This document shows positions 1-10,860 of a stretch of 64,000 nucleotides of DNA, one piece after another. Position 1 is the first letter of the stretch. The number at the start of each line of letters is the position of its first letter. Made by a program: the position numbers and the translations under genes. The stretch lies in NCBI GenBank assembly GCA_030264375.1, contig JASCQW010000109.1:50068307-50132306 (forward strand), written 5' to 3'. This DNA comes from Carcharhinus longimanus (lineage: Eukaryota). A model generated the notes under the pieces. The model was not told the origin of the DNA. It saw only the letters and a list, made by a program, of their open reading frames with translations, and made no database searches.

Positions 1-290
1 GAGACAATACACATCTCTTTAACCTATGCTTAATGCTATCTCCACTCACATTGTCTGCACCTTTAAGATTTGATTAGGTGTAAAGACTCGCATTCTAATC
101 AGTATTCTGTAAACTGTGTGTGCCTTTATTTGCCCTGTTTGTGATCTGAATTCCCCACTCACCTGACAAAGGAGCAGCGTTCTGAAAGCTAGTGGCGCTT
201 ACTATCAAATAAACCTGCTGGACTTTAACCTGGTGTTGTGAGACTTCTTACTGTGTTTACCTCAGTCCAATGCCAGCATCTCCACATCAC
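1..290 (+). mobile_element. Penelope-associated short repeat, family A (pLTR-like, degenerate hammerhead core at 157-196)
   Basis: cacCTGACAAaggagcagcgttctGAAAgcta...AATAAAcctgctggactttaacctggtgttgtgagacttcttactgtg...ccacatca; homologous to copies at 24927, 30930 and 42088. Confidence 0.7.
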
Positions 291-413
291 CCGAAGGAAA
301 CCCAGGCAGACACAGAAAGAATGTGCAGACTCCGCATAGACAGCGACCCAAACCAGGAATCAAATCTGGATCTCTGGCACTATGAGGCAGCAGTGATAAT
401 CACTGTGCCACCC
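291..413 (-). mobile_element. HE1-type V-SINE, 5' fragment
   Basis: Reverse complement of the tRNA-like head GGTGGCACAGTG.TTA.CACTGCTGCCTCA plus V-domain. Confidence 0.75.
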
Positions 414-539
414 CAATAATTGGGAGAATGGTGTATCCCAGCTGCAGGGAGGGGTAAGGGCTGTGCGCTGCCCAGGAAAATAAAAAATTGGTGTGCAGGC
501 TGCATATGCTCCTGGGCTTTGTACGTAACAGTGTGCACA

Positions 540-1435
540 GCCTCCAGATTGAAGGGCTAAAGGTCCATGTGGGCATGTACATAAGTGATGAGCTTGGGGC
601 AGGGTGTTGTCACCAAAATGACAGGATCCCATATTAGTGGTGGAGATTGGAGAATAACAGGTAACACTTCTATCTGTAAATCGTGAGGCTCCAGGTAAAT
701 GAGTGGCACTTAGATGGTGAGCAGCGAGGAGGTAAAGGGGCAGGTGTTGCACCTCCTGTGGTTGATGGGAAGATGCAATGGGAAGGGGGCAAGGTGTTGG
801 ATATGGAAGAGGAGTGGGCTAATGTATCCTGGAGGGAACAGTCCCTGCAGAATGCTGATGGGGCATTGAGAAGATATGTTTGGTGGTGGCATCATGCTGG
901 AGTTGGTGGAAATGCCAAAGAATAATCTTTTGAGTGTGGAGACTGGTGGGTGAAAAGTGAGGACAAACGGGACCCTATCCCGGTTCTCAGAGAGGGGTGA
1001 AGCAGTGAGAGCAGTGGTACAGATGGGTCAGACACAGTTGAAAGCCCTGTCAACAACAGTGGGTGGAAAACTACAATAAAGAAAGATATATCAGCAGTGC
1101 TAGTTTGGAAAGAGGTATCATCAGAACAGATATGACAAAGGTGGAAGAACAAAAAAAAAATACAAATCAATCCACCATGAGGCTCTCGCTGGGGTCTGCC
1201 ACTGATAGAGAATGCTATGGATTCTTACAGGACATGGGATGTGAACAGCTGTAGTCGAGGTACCTGTGGGAGTCGGTGGGCTTGTGATAGATACTAGTGG
1301 ACAGTCTACCACCAAAGGCAGAAAGGTAAAGGAAGGAAAGGTAAGTGTCAGAGGTGGACCATGTGAAGGTAACAGAGGAGTGAAAATTGGAAGTGAAAGT
1401 TGTTACAATTTTTTCAGTTCCTGACAAGAGCATGA
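540..1435 (-). mobile_element. Degenerate Penelope-like retroelement RT fragment
   Basis: Minus-frame peptides FTWSTSDTYLSFL..GGRLSTSIYHKPTDSHRYLDYSCSHPMSCK and HLCHICSDD match the PLE RT C-terminal motif (T.IY.KPT....YL...S.HP...K; R.RRICS); frameshifted. Confidence 0.75.
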
Positions 1436-2204
1436 AGTGGCATTGAAATTAAAAAGTTGTGGCAGGGGTGCTGGGATAGGACTGGAACAAGGAATAATCC
1501 ACATACCAAAACATCGGGGTGCTTCTTGGAGCCACCATGCAGGTACAGGACTTACCTCTACATCCGGACTCCACAGGTCAAAGCATCGAGTATTCAATGG
1601 CTGAAGCACGGTGCAGCCTCATTCGTCAGGAAGGTAGCCTTTTACTTCTGGACTTCATGCCAATCCGACCAGCAGCAGTAGCAGCACCACTGGAACTGCT
1701 GGACACCGCACTTGGAAAACAAAATGGGAAAATGGAGGCCCTTGTTTCCAATACTGCAGCAACGTCAGCCCACCTGTTGTTTTGGGATCTTACCTTTTTA
1801 GCTGTCAAGTCAACGTGGATCCAACCTTTTAAGTATAATAGTCTACAAGCTGTTTTGGTTGCGTTTATCCTACTTTCTAGTTAAAATTTTCCAGACTTCA
1901 AATTACCCATGAACCATGAACTACGTACTTAAATGGAGGAAAAGTTAAGACTCCTAGACACAGTTGTAACAAATAGTATCAAATATTGATCATTAAAATT
2001 GCAGTGAGAGAGAATGCATAGTATCAAATAAAAGGCTCACACCTAAATCCAAAGTAAGTGGAATTGAAAGAAATAAAACAAGTATCTGGGTACCCTATTA
2101 CTAGATGAAGGGGAAAAATGATCAAGATATCAAGAAGCCTATAACACTTTCAAAGTAAGCCTTCAGAAAATTTCAGATCTTTTAGAAATAAAAACAGCTC
2201 AGAT

Positions 2205-3082
2205 TATTAAAATTGGGGGAGTAGCAGATAGTGAGGAGAATGGTCAGAGGATACAGATCAGCTGGAGACCTGGGCTCAAAGATGGCAGATGGAATTTAAC
2301 CCAGGCAATGTGAGGTGATGTGATTTGGAAGGTCTCATGCAGAAGGAAAGTATACAGTAAATGGTAGAGCCTTTAGAAATATTAGCCATGCAGAGGGATC
2401 TTAGTGTGCAGATCCATAGTTCCCTGAAGGTGTCAGTTCAGGTGGACAAGAAGGTGTATGGTATGCTGGCCTTCATCAGTCAGAGCATTGAGTAAAGGAA
2501 TTGGAAATTCATGTTGCAGGTATGTAAGACTTTGGTTAGGCCGCATTTGGAGTAGTGTACACAATTCTGGTTGCCATACTACCAGGAAGATGTTGATGCA
2601 TTGGAAAGGGTGCAGAAGAAATTTACCAGTATGTTGCCTGGTTTGGAGGATATAGATTATGAAGAAAGGTTGAATAAACTTGGATTGTTTTCAATGGAGC
2701 GTCAGAGAATGAGGGGAGAGGTTTACAAGATTATGAAAGGCTCGGATAGAGTGGAGAGTCAGATTCTGGATTCTCAGGATCAAAGGGTGAATTACTCGGG
2801 GGCGTAGGTTGAAAGTGAGAGGGGGAAAAGTTTAAAAGAGATGTAAGAGTCAAGTTTTTCACAGAGTGGTGAATGCCTGGAACACACTGCTGAAGGAGGT
2901 GGTGGAAACAGATTCTAAAACAACGTTCATGAAGCATTTGGATAGATACATAAAAGGACAGGAATAGAAGGATTTGGATCACGTAGAGGCAAGAAAATGT
3001 TAGATGAGAGAGACATATCTGTCAGTGCAGACTTGGTGGGCCAAAGGGCCTGTTCCTGTACTGTATTATTCTTTGTTCTTTA
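2205..3082 (+). mobile_element. CR1/HER1-like LINE 3' fragment
   Basis: Peptide YQEDVDALERVQKKFTSMLPGLEDIDYEERLNKLGLFSME; typical tail gggccaaagggcctgttcctgtactgta(ttctttg)n. Confidence 0.9.
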
Positions 3083-4694
3083 TTAAGCCTGGTCATGTTA
3101 TTATCTGGAAGCTAAAATTGGAATACAAGCAAGACTATACAAGATAAATAAAAGGCATCAGGGATGTGGTTTCTGAGACAAAGCACAAGAGTTACTTCGA
3201 AGACACATACAACTAAGGAGGAAGTTTTCAGGTAAGCAGGCACACAAGAACGTCTGGAGATGATCACCAAGAAACAACTACAATTCTTTGTACACATACT
3301 TAGGAGAGAGAAACCATAACTCCTGGCAGTGACTGATAAATGAGGAAATACATTCTCAATTTAAGGAGCAGGACAGGTATAATATTTGAGAACACCATCA
3401 AGATGGGCTGTTATCAATGACTGAAACGTAGTGAACCATAGTCACTTGTGTTGTAAAACATGGCACCTGGAGAAAAACAGTTTTAAATGAAGTTGTATTT
3501 GATCTTTGTCTTTCGTGGAAAGGATTTGGGAAGGAGTCGGGTTTAAATGTGTTTTACAGCAAAAATGAATTTGGACATTTTAAAAGTAATGCAGTCTTTA
3601 TCAGGTGGTCAATGACATGAGCCAGTTTGTACCAGGTCACAGCTCACAAATGATTGCAAACTGAAGCAATGAAATTTAATCAGCTCATCCCAGGAAAACC
3701 TCTATTCACTTCGAATGGCTGGTGCTTTATTTAAACTCAAATTCCCTTTTTAGGGGGCAGCAGGGGAAATACATTATAGAAACTTTTACTAGCAAGACAA
3801 TTGATTTGAGGAATGTTCAGAAGGATCTTTTCATTAGTTGAGGCATTCTGCCAATGAATTTGGTCTGAGAAAGAAGCATAGCCTAGCACGGGCAAACTCA
3901 ATTATGAAGCTCAATGCTAAGGTTAGAAGATTAAGCAGCATCAAGTTATGCCAATGGATAGGGACAGTGTGGACTATTTATTAATCTCCTTAATTTCAGA
4001 ATTTTGTAAGTAATTGAATCAGGAGACCTTTCTTTACAATTGCTGCACTAAAAAGAAATCACTTGCCGTTTGTAAGATAAACAAATGGCTTGTATCTGTT
4101 CACATCTTACTAAGTCTTTGTAAAGACTATAGAAGCATAAAAGAGCAGGTTTTAATTGTTACATTGTGGGTTACCAAATTGGATCATTAGATATTAGGCA
4201 CTTCGGCATACTCCTGAATTTAAGCTGCTCACTCAGTTTACAGGACTAACTGATAGCATTGTGCCAAAGAGAATGTCCAAGGTAGAATCAACTTTTTTAA
4301 TCAGCTACTTCGAAAGAGGATGTACAGTACATTTAATGCTTACATGAAGTTTAAATCTGGTCCAGATTGTCAGCTAAAAAAACTCCAAAGTTAGTTTTCA
4401 ACTTAATTTGTAGTAAGTGCAAATTCAGAGGACAAGGGTTGACCAAAATTCTGCATTCAAATGATTAATTTCATTTTCCCAATGAGTAAAAATAGGCAGG
4501 TTTGCAAACCTAATTCATTATTATTTCAGTTTTGTTATAAAGTGTGATCTATTTTGATGTTGCTTTATAAAGAACAAAATGCTCCATATATTTAGGTAAG
4601 TATTAATCAGTATCAGAAATATAACAACAAGATGAACATTACCTTAATGTTGACAAGTTTGCATGGGTGGAGTGAGAAATAAGAGTTTTATAAA

Positions 4695-5050
4695 ATTCAT
4701 TTGCAGGATGCAGGCATCGCTGGCTTTGTTTGTTGCCCTTGAGAAAGTGGCGATGAGCTGCCTTCTTGAACTGCTGCAGTCTCTGGAGGGAGTTCCAGGA
4801 TTTAGACCCAGTGGCAGGGATCGAACGGCAATATGTTTGCAAGTCAGGATGTTGAGCGAGTTGGGAGGAGGAACTTTAGGTGGTGGCGTTCCATGCGTAA
4901 TCTGCCCATGTCCTTCTAGATGGTTGCAGTCGTGGGCTTGGAAGGTGCTGTCTAAGGAGTCTTGGTGAGCTCCCGCAATGCATCTCGTAGATGGTAAACT
5001 GCTGCCACTGTTGATCGGTGGTGCAGTGAGTGAAATGTCACCTTCGTCCA
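4695..5050 (-). mobile_element. CR1-clade LINE 3' end (second family)
   Basis: Reverse complement ends ...AAATCCTGGAACTCC...CTGCAGCAGTTCAAGAAGGCAGCTCA.C.CCAC.TTCTCAAGGGCAA..., same as 29195-29345. Confidence 0.75.
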
Positions 5051-5411
5051 CAAGGAATGGCATGCATTTTTCCTGCAAAGTGCTACAAACCCTATGGAGC
5101 CCTGATAATTTGTATAGCTGGTTCTTAAAAGTTATGAAAAACTATGCCTTATTCAAATCAAGTTCCTGCATTTCAGTGAACTTCATAGGAACTGGGGAAA
5201 AAAGCTGATCTCTGAAAATGTTATTCTTAAATTGGAGTGCTCAACACTGCCACTGGAGAGAATGGAATATTCTTTTCAACAGTTAAGTTACTCACCTCTG
5301 AAAAAAGTTCAGTATTCATCTGAGCCTCCCATGAATAATAATTTTTGTAATATTGTATTTGAGATAATACAATAAATTGTTTAACTGACATTAGGCCAAA
5401 TGATGAGACAG

Positions 5412-5434
5412 TTTATTTTCTTTACACATTTATT
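5412..5434 (-). promoter_or_regulatory. Distal tandem polyadenylation signals (AATAAA x2)
   Basis: tttatt on + at 5412-5417 and 5429-5434. Confidence 0.6.
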
Positions 5435-5718
5435 GCAGAAAAGAATTCTCAAAAAAGTAACAAATGGGAAATATTATATAGTGCACACTTAGGGAAAGTA
5501 TTTACAGAATGTCTGGAAGTCTTGTACTATTCAGCTAGTAACTTCCATTTGAGTCAAATAAATTAAAAAATACTGTAAAAGACATTACAATTGACAACAT
5601 ATTAAATACAATGATATATTCCGGTGTACAATGCTCTTAAGCTCAGGATTCATTGTTGCAATTATTTTGAAATTAAATTGTAAATAAAGTTACTTTGAAA
5701 AGTTACACAAAATCTCCC

Positions 5719-5727
5719 TTAAGACTT
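5719..5727 (-). promoter_or_regulatory. miR-499-5p 8mer target site
   Basis: mRNA AAGUCUUAA is complementary to nt 1-9 of miR-499-5p (UUAAGACUU). Confidence 0.6.
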
Positions 5728-7088
5728 TAAAACCATGATGCATGAAATGAAAAAGTGCAAGAGAAGTTTTGTGTTTATACCAGAGTACTGTCTTGGATTA
5801 CAGTAAAAGAGAACATTAACATCACTCCTAAAAAAATCCAAATATCCCTTATTAAAGTAAACACTCAGTTTCAAGGTTTTTTTTAAAAAAAACTGTACCT
5901 TGCAACTTGTACATCATTACCTCAACCAAAATAAATTCAAATCAGGTTTTTAATGATAGCTGGTGCCTCTTATCTTATATTCCCCATAAGCCTGTGATTG
6001 AAGTAATGAGCACAAAATCAATTCATACTGTAGCTGGCTCGAATACACGTCAGAATAAACTGCAAGCAGTAGATTAAAGATAATTACTACTGTACTTCAG
6101 CAACAGTGAAACCAAGCCACTCATTTTTAATTCATCTTTACTTTCTTCTCTCTCTGCCATCCTCCACCCCCCAACACCTTCTCCCACCATTCTACATATT
6201 ATTCCCTAACTGAGACAGCAAGATGGTGATTGAAAACCACGCTTCTGACAACACCGCAAAAAACATTACGCTTTCTCTCCTCTCAAAATGCTTACAACTG
6301 GGATACGCAGGTTACTGTGCATATTGCAGGGAGATGGAGGGAAAACAAAACTAATTCATTCCCTGCCAGGCCAGGACAGAGTGTGCACACCAACAAAAAC
6401 ATAACTGAAATTCTTTATCAAAAAGTATTCATAAATCTGTCAATGATTTTAATTTTCAGAGATGGAGGATTAATTTTTCTAGATTACATTTACTTTGGTT
6501 CATTGTCCAAATTTTATCCCCTGACTCCAACCTTTCCCCCTTTGATCCTGAAAGATTTTACTTGTAGCATTGGCGGACAACAGAACTTCAAAATAGCCGT
6601 TGCAGCCTACCAAATTATATCCCAACTCCCCATCCCGGCCTCAACTAGGTAAGCATTAGGTTGTGAAACCAGTGCTATCAAAACTGGGGACATGAAAAAG
6701 TAAAAACTATTTTAAAGTATTTTGTGTCTTTGATATTGATTATGTACTAAATGTGGGCATCAGAATAAAAGTTATTAGATTGTCTCATCACAATATCCTA
6801 AGCCAGGCACATATTCAGCAACCCACACCCTGAATCACATGTTAAAATATCAATGCCCTATTCTCACCATGTAAGCAGAATTCCCACCCCAACCACCCCT
6901 AAATGTTTTCTCCATCATTAGTCCCACTCATTGTGGCTCCAATGTCCGAGAATGCAATTAGCTTAGCACCTTCAGCTGAATACTACGCATAAAATCAGAG
7001 AAACAAAGACCAAAGAACAAAATTAAGCCAAGTTGGAATTTAAGAAACAGAACTGAGAGCAGAATTAAGCCCTTGGTACAGTATTAAC

Positions 7089-7098
7089 TGAGGTAGTA
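7089..7098 (-). promoter_or_regulatory. let-7 8mer target site
   Basis: mRNA UACUACCUCA is complementary to let-7 nt 1-10 (UGAGGUAGUA). Confidence 0.6.
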
Positions 7099-7401
7099 CA
7101 GTTTTTGAATTGGTTTCCCATCCCCAATAAAAACTTTTTTGAATGTTAGGTTGGGGGTCAGATCTGTTGACAGAAGAATTTTTACTGATGAAACAAATGA
7201 ATGCATGGCATCGCAACTGATGCTTTCCTATACGATTTTAATTGGCTATACCCCCCCATATATCCATTGCTTCAATGCTTAAATGGTAGCAACAGCAATC
7301 ATAGATAATTATTTTACCAATCAAAAGGCAATGATTAGCATTGTTTAACTGTCAGTTATATCAATGTATTTCCTAAAACATTAAAACAGACATTTTTGAA
7401 G

Positions 7402-7407
7402 TTTATT
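7402..7407 (-). promoter_or_regulatory. Proximal polyadenylation signal AATAAA
   Basis: AATAAA on the minus strand, preceded by several TTGTA motifs and followed by GT/T-rich sequence. Confidence 0.55.
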
Positions 7408-7956
7408 CTTAATAGGGTTTTTGCAAAAGTAAAAGTACAAAACATTTCTTTCCAAATACTCTATCCGTAAGAGTACAAAAAAATAAAAACACGTAAATAT
7501 ATGTTCAGGTTCAATAAGAACAGGAGAGGTTAGTCTGACTTCCCTGAAGTCAAAAAGTTTCCAAATGTACAAGGTCATGGTTCTAGATCAATCAGAAGAC
7601 AAAACAGCAATTTCATGCTCTTGGTTTCAAATTGCGGTTGTTCAAACACTCGTACTCTGAAAAAGAACGTTTCATATTCCCTTTTGGTCTCCTGATCCAA
7701 AATTCTCTATTGTTGGTTTGACTGCGGACAGTACAAGTGTTGAGAAAGGCGACTCCTAAACAGAGTCTCTTCTCCCCGCCCCTACCCCACCATTGTGATT
7801 TTGTGTGTAGCATTTCCATGCAGCTAAAACACAGACGCTTTGTCGCTTAAGACAAGAATTACAAAACTTGGAGAATGTAGAGAATTTGGTGCTGTCTTCC
7901 AGTTTGTGCAGTCATTTCCCTTGCAACTGTTTAACATGACTTGGCAATTGAGCAAT

Positions 7957-8035
7957 TCAAAGCAGTATCTGGGCCACATACGGTGAATGAGTGCTTGCTA
8001 CAGCTGCCAGCAAGGGCAGGTCACTGGATTCAATC
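7957..8035 (-). CDS. FNIP1: FNIP1 last coding exon 18 (to stop)
   Basis: [25 protein letters not shown], matching the recalled FNIP1 C-terminus; ccttag acceptor; TGA at 7957-7959. Confidence 0.97.
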
Positions 8036-10168
8036 CTAAGGTAGGAGAAACAGAAGTAGTGGTTTCAAATTAGAGTTCCATAAAGCAAAGCAGACATGGT
8101 ATCAGCACACCTCTACTTATCTATTGTCTACTAGTTAAACTTTTACTGACAGGCACATTTTGGTTCAAAAAGAAAAGCTATAACAAGTGGCAGCTGGAAA
8201 GTTTTTCCTTACTGAACATGTTTGCGTTTATAATAATGTTGGGTCTAATATTTTATAGAAATCAGTTTTTGAGAGATGACCTGCTCTGGAAGTCTATTTG
8301 CTGAACACAGAATGGTGTCATGTTCAATTTCCAATCTGCAGTGAGTCGGGCTTATCTCAGCCCAGTCAAAGGGATATCTAAATGAACCTCAGCGTCATGG
8401 ATTAGGGAGGGTTAAAAAAAGTCAGCCTTAACTTCTGTAAGTTGTCAATAAATCTGCCGAATTTATCAGTTAACACCAGAAAATTACTGTAAAAGCTTCT
8501 GGGTCATAACATAAACTAACACTCACTGATATCGTATGAGAATGTAAATCTGCCACCACTGACCAGTTCAACACACCACACGATAGACTTAGTATGCTCA
8601 GCAATTAAGGTTGGACAATAATATAGTCACACATCCGTTGAGATAATAGCTATCTACAGCTGAATGGACTTGAAGTACCAGCTCAAGATTCAAATACAAA
8701 TAGTCATAATTTTAGCAAGATACTGTTGGACAGTCAGTGCCATAGAATTGCACACTTTCATTGATGGAAGCAGAGAAAATACAAGAGAAACAAAAGTTTC
8801 CAAGTAGTTTGCAAAATAAACTTGATAGTTTTAAGCAGATAAAAGAACATCCCAAAGAGCTGACTAGATCACAAAAAAACTGCAGAGATGGTGAAATAAT
8901 GTCATTTAAAACACTGTTGCTCTTTCCTCCAATTCAGTCTTTGCCAGGTAGCAGCAGAGGTGAAATCTTTACCTAACATTGCCTGCTGGAAAGTGCATCT
9001 ATGAATACAAAAGTACAGTTAAGAATCAGGTTTGAGTGTGATGGGATAGGTTGACTTGAATTAAGGTACCAGGAAGATTATGGCACCGTATTGTCAGACC
9101 CCAGCATGAATCAAAGCCTTCAAAAAAAAAGGGAAAAAGATGTTCCTCAATAAACCGAATGGGATATATAAATGAAGCATATGTGCAACTTCATCCATCC
9201 CAATCTCTCTATCTACACATTGTTGTGATCTTGTTGTGGTACAACTGAACAGGTGTTGGTCGCCACAACCACTCCCTGAATCTCAAAGTTCCAATTATTC
9301 ATGATCCTCANNNNNNNNNNNNNNNNNNNNNNNNNNNNNNNNNNNNNNNNNNNNNNNNNNNNNNNNNNNNNNNNNNNNNNNNNNNNNNNNNNNNNNNNNN
9401 NNNNNNNNNNNNNNNNNNNNNNNNNNNNNNNNNNNNNNNNNNNNNNNNNNNNNNNNNNNNNNNNNNNNNNNNNNNNNNNNNNNNNNNNNNNNNNNNNNNN
9501 NNNNNNNNNNNNNNNNNNNNNNNNNNNNNNNNNNNNNNNNNNNNNNNNNNNNNNNNNNNNNNNNNNNNNNNNNNNNNNNNNNNNNNNNNNNNNNNNNNNN
9601 NNNNNNNNNNNNNNNNNNNNNNNNNNNNNNNNNNNNNNNNNNNNNNNNNNNNNNNNNNNNNNNNNNNNNNNNNNNNNNNNNNNNNNNNNNNNNNNNNNNN
9701 NAGAGGCCAGGGACCAATCCTGGGGTCTTATATGGCTCAGCTATGTAACCAAATTCAACACACATTAACAAATTCACTTTGTGTTTTGTTGCTAAGTTTG
9801 AATCATTTGGAGTTAGATTCATTTATAGACTCTTTTCATTGGGTTTGATTTATTTCTCATTTTCTCGTGTCACTAAAAGATGCACCAACACGCACTGATT
9901 GGTCTGTCAGGTAGATGACTTGCTCTTTGGCCTTTGCTCTCATCATGAGGCAAGTATAAAAGTGAGCTGAAGTGATGATACCACCATTATTCACTAACCA
10001 ATGACAGCATATCTGGAATTAGGAACTGGGTACCTCTTTGTAGGTGTGAAACCATATTTCAAAATTCTGTAACAGCACTTCAACCAAGTGCATACCACAA
10101 TGTTACGATCAAGCTATTTATTATCTTCGAGGATTGATTCTGACAGTACTCAGATTAGAACTCCTTAC

Positions 10169-10284
10169 CCCAATACCATGCCCAGTTCCTTGACATGTAC
10201 TCTCATTTGGCCCTTAAGATATTCTGACAACATCTTGCTTTTGAAATACAGCTCCTGGAGTCGGTCTTCAAGGTGCATTATACA
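10169..10284 (-). CDS. FNIP1: FNIP1 exon 17
   Basis: [38 protein letters not shown](G); atttag / gtaagg; 116 nt. Confidence 0.96.
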
Positions 10285-10604
10285 CTAAATGAGAGAAATT
10301 TTAAAGAGGAAAATCAGTTCAGTATATTGTGTATCAGAAACTATCCAAGGTAATGTCATCATCTGCACCATTAACTGTAAAGGTAAATTGGTATTCCATC
10401 TTCTGCCATACGGAAATACACGGTAACTGAGGGGTGAGCCTCTCTTTCTATCTAGATTCCAATTCAAAGCAAATGTAATGGAACAAAATAATTTTCCATC
10501 AATTGAGACTACATGCAATGTAAAATGAGCAACATTTTCAATTCCGTTCCTAGTGTTGCAACACAGTATTTAAAGTTCATCTTACTTGGGGATGACAGTG
10601 AACT

Positions 10605-10860
10605 GAGCCACGACAGATCAGCCATGATCTTATTGAATGGCGGGGCAGGCTCGAAGGGCTAGTTGGCCTACTCCTNNNNNNNNNNNNNNNNNNNNNNNNN
10701 NNNNNNNNNNNNNNNNNNNNNNNNNNNNNNNNNNNNNNNNNNNNNNNNNNNNNNNNNNNNNNNNNNNNNNNNNNNCCATGATCTTATTGAATGGCGGGGC
10801 AGGCTCGAAGGGCTAGTTGGCCTACTCCTGCTCCTATTTCTTATGTTCTTGTGTTCTTAT
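10605..10860 (+). mobile_element. CR1 LINE 3' tip spanning an assembly gap
   Basis: agatcagccatgatcttattgaatggcggggcaggctcgaagggc...cctactcctgctcct(atgttctt)n. Confidence 0.8.

Larger units (their letters stand above)
5395..7956 (-). other. FNIP1: FNIP1 3' UTR (long form, predicted)
   Basis: AT-rich, repeat-poor sequence after the stop, with UGUA motifs, a Pumilio element TGTAAATA (5499-5506) and miRNA seeds, ending at tandem AATAAA; the 3' end is inferred. Confidence 0.65.

Noticed and set aside
1457-1884. 121-aa + strand ORF, and a minus-strand donor-like AG|GTAAGT near 1550, as a separate gene or exon (for example RAPGEF6)
   Set aside because: No recognisable protein, stops in all three minus frames upstream of the donor, and no polypyrimidine acceptor. 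The expected neighbour RAPGEF6 is not recognisable in the window.
3100-4140. Possible decayed hAT transposase (FVFRGKD-like peptide)
   Set aside because: Only one short motif; the frames are broken and no TIRs are seen. Needs a BLASTX/Dfam search.
7089-7110. let-7 miRNA gene on the + strand
   Set aside because: Only 10 nt match contiguously and there is no precursor hairpin; better explained as a target site in the antisense FNIP1 UTR.
9295-9822. ORFs spanning N runs (also near 10663, 17472-17918, 24779-25138 and 30926-31232)
   Set aside because: Artefacts of translating assembly gaps.
10622-10829. Exact 54-bp direct repeat on either side of a 100-N gap
   Set aside because: Typical unmerged contig overlap, not a biological duplication.
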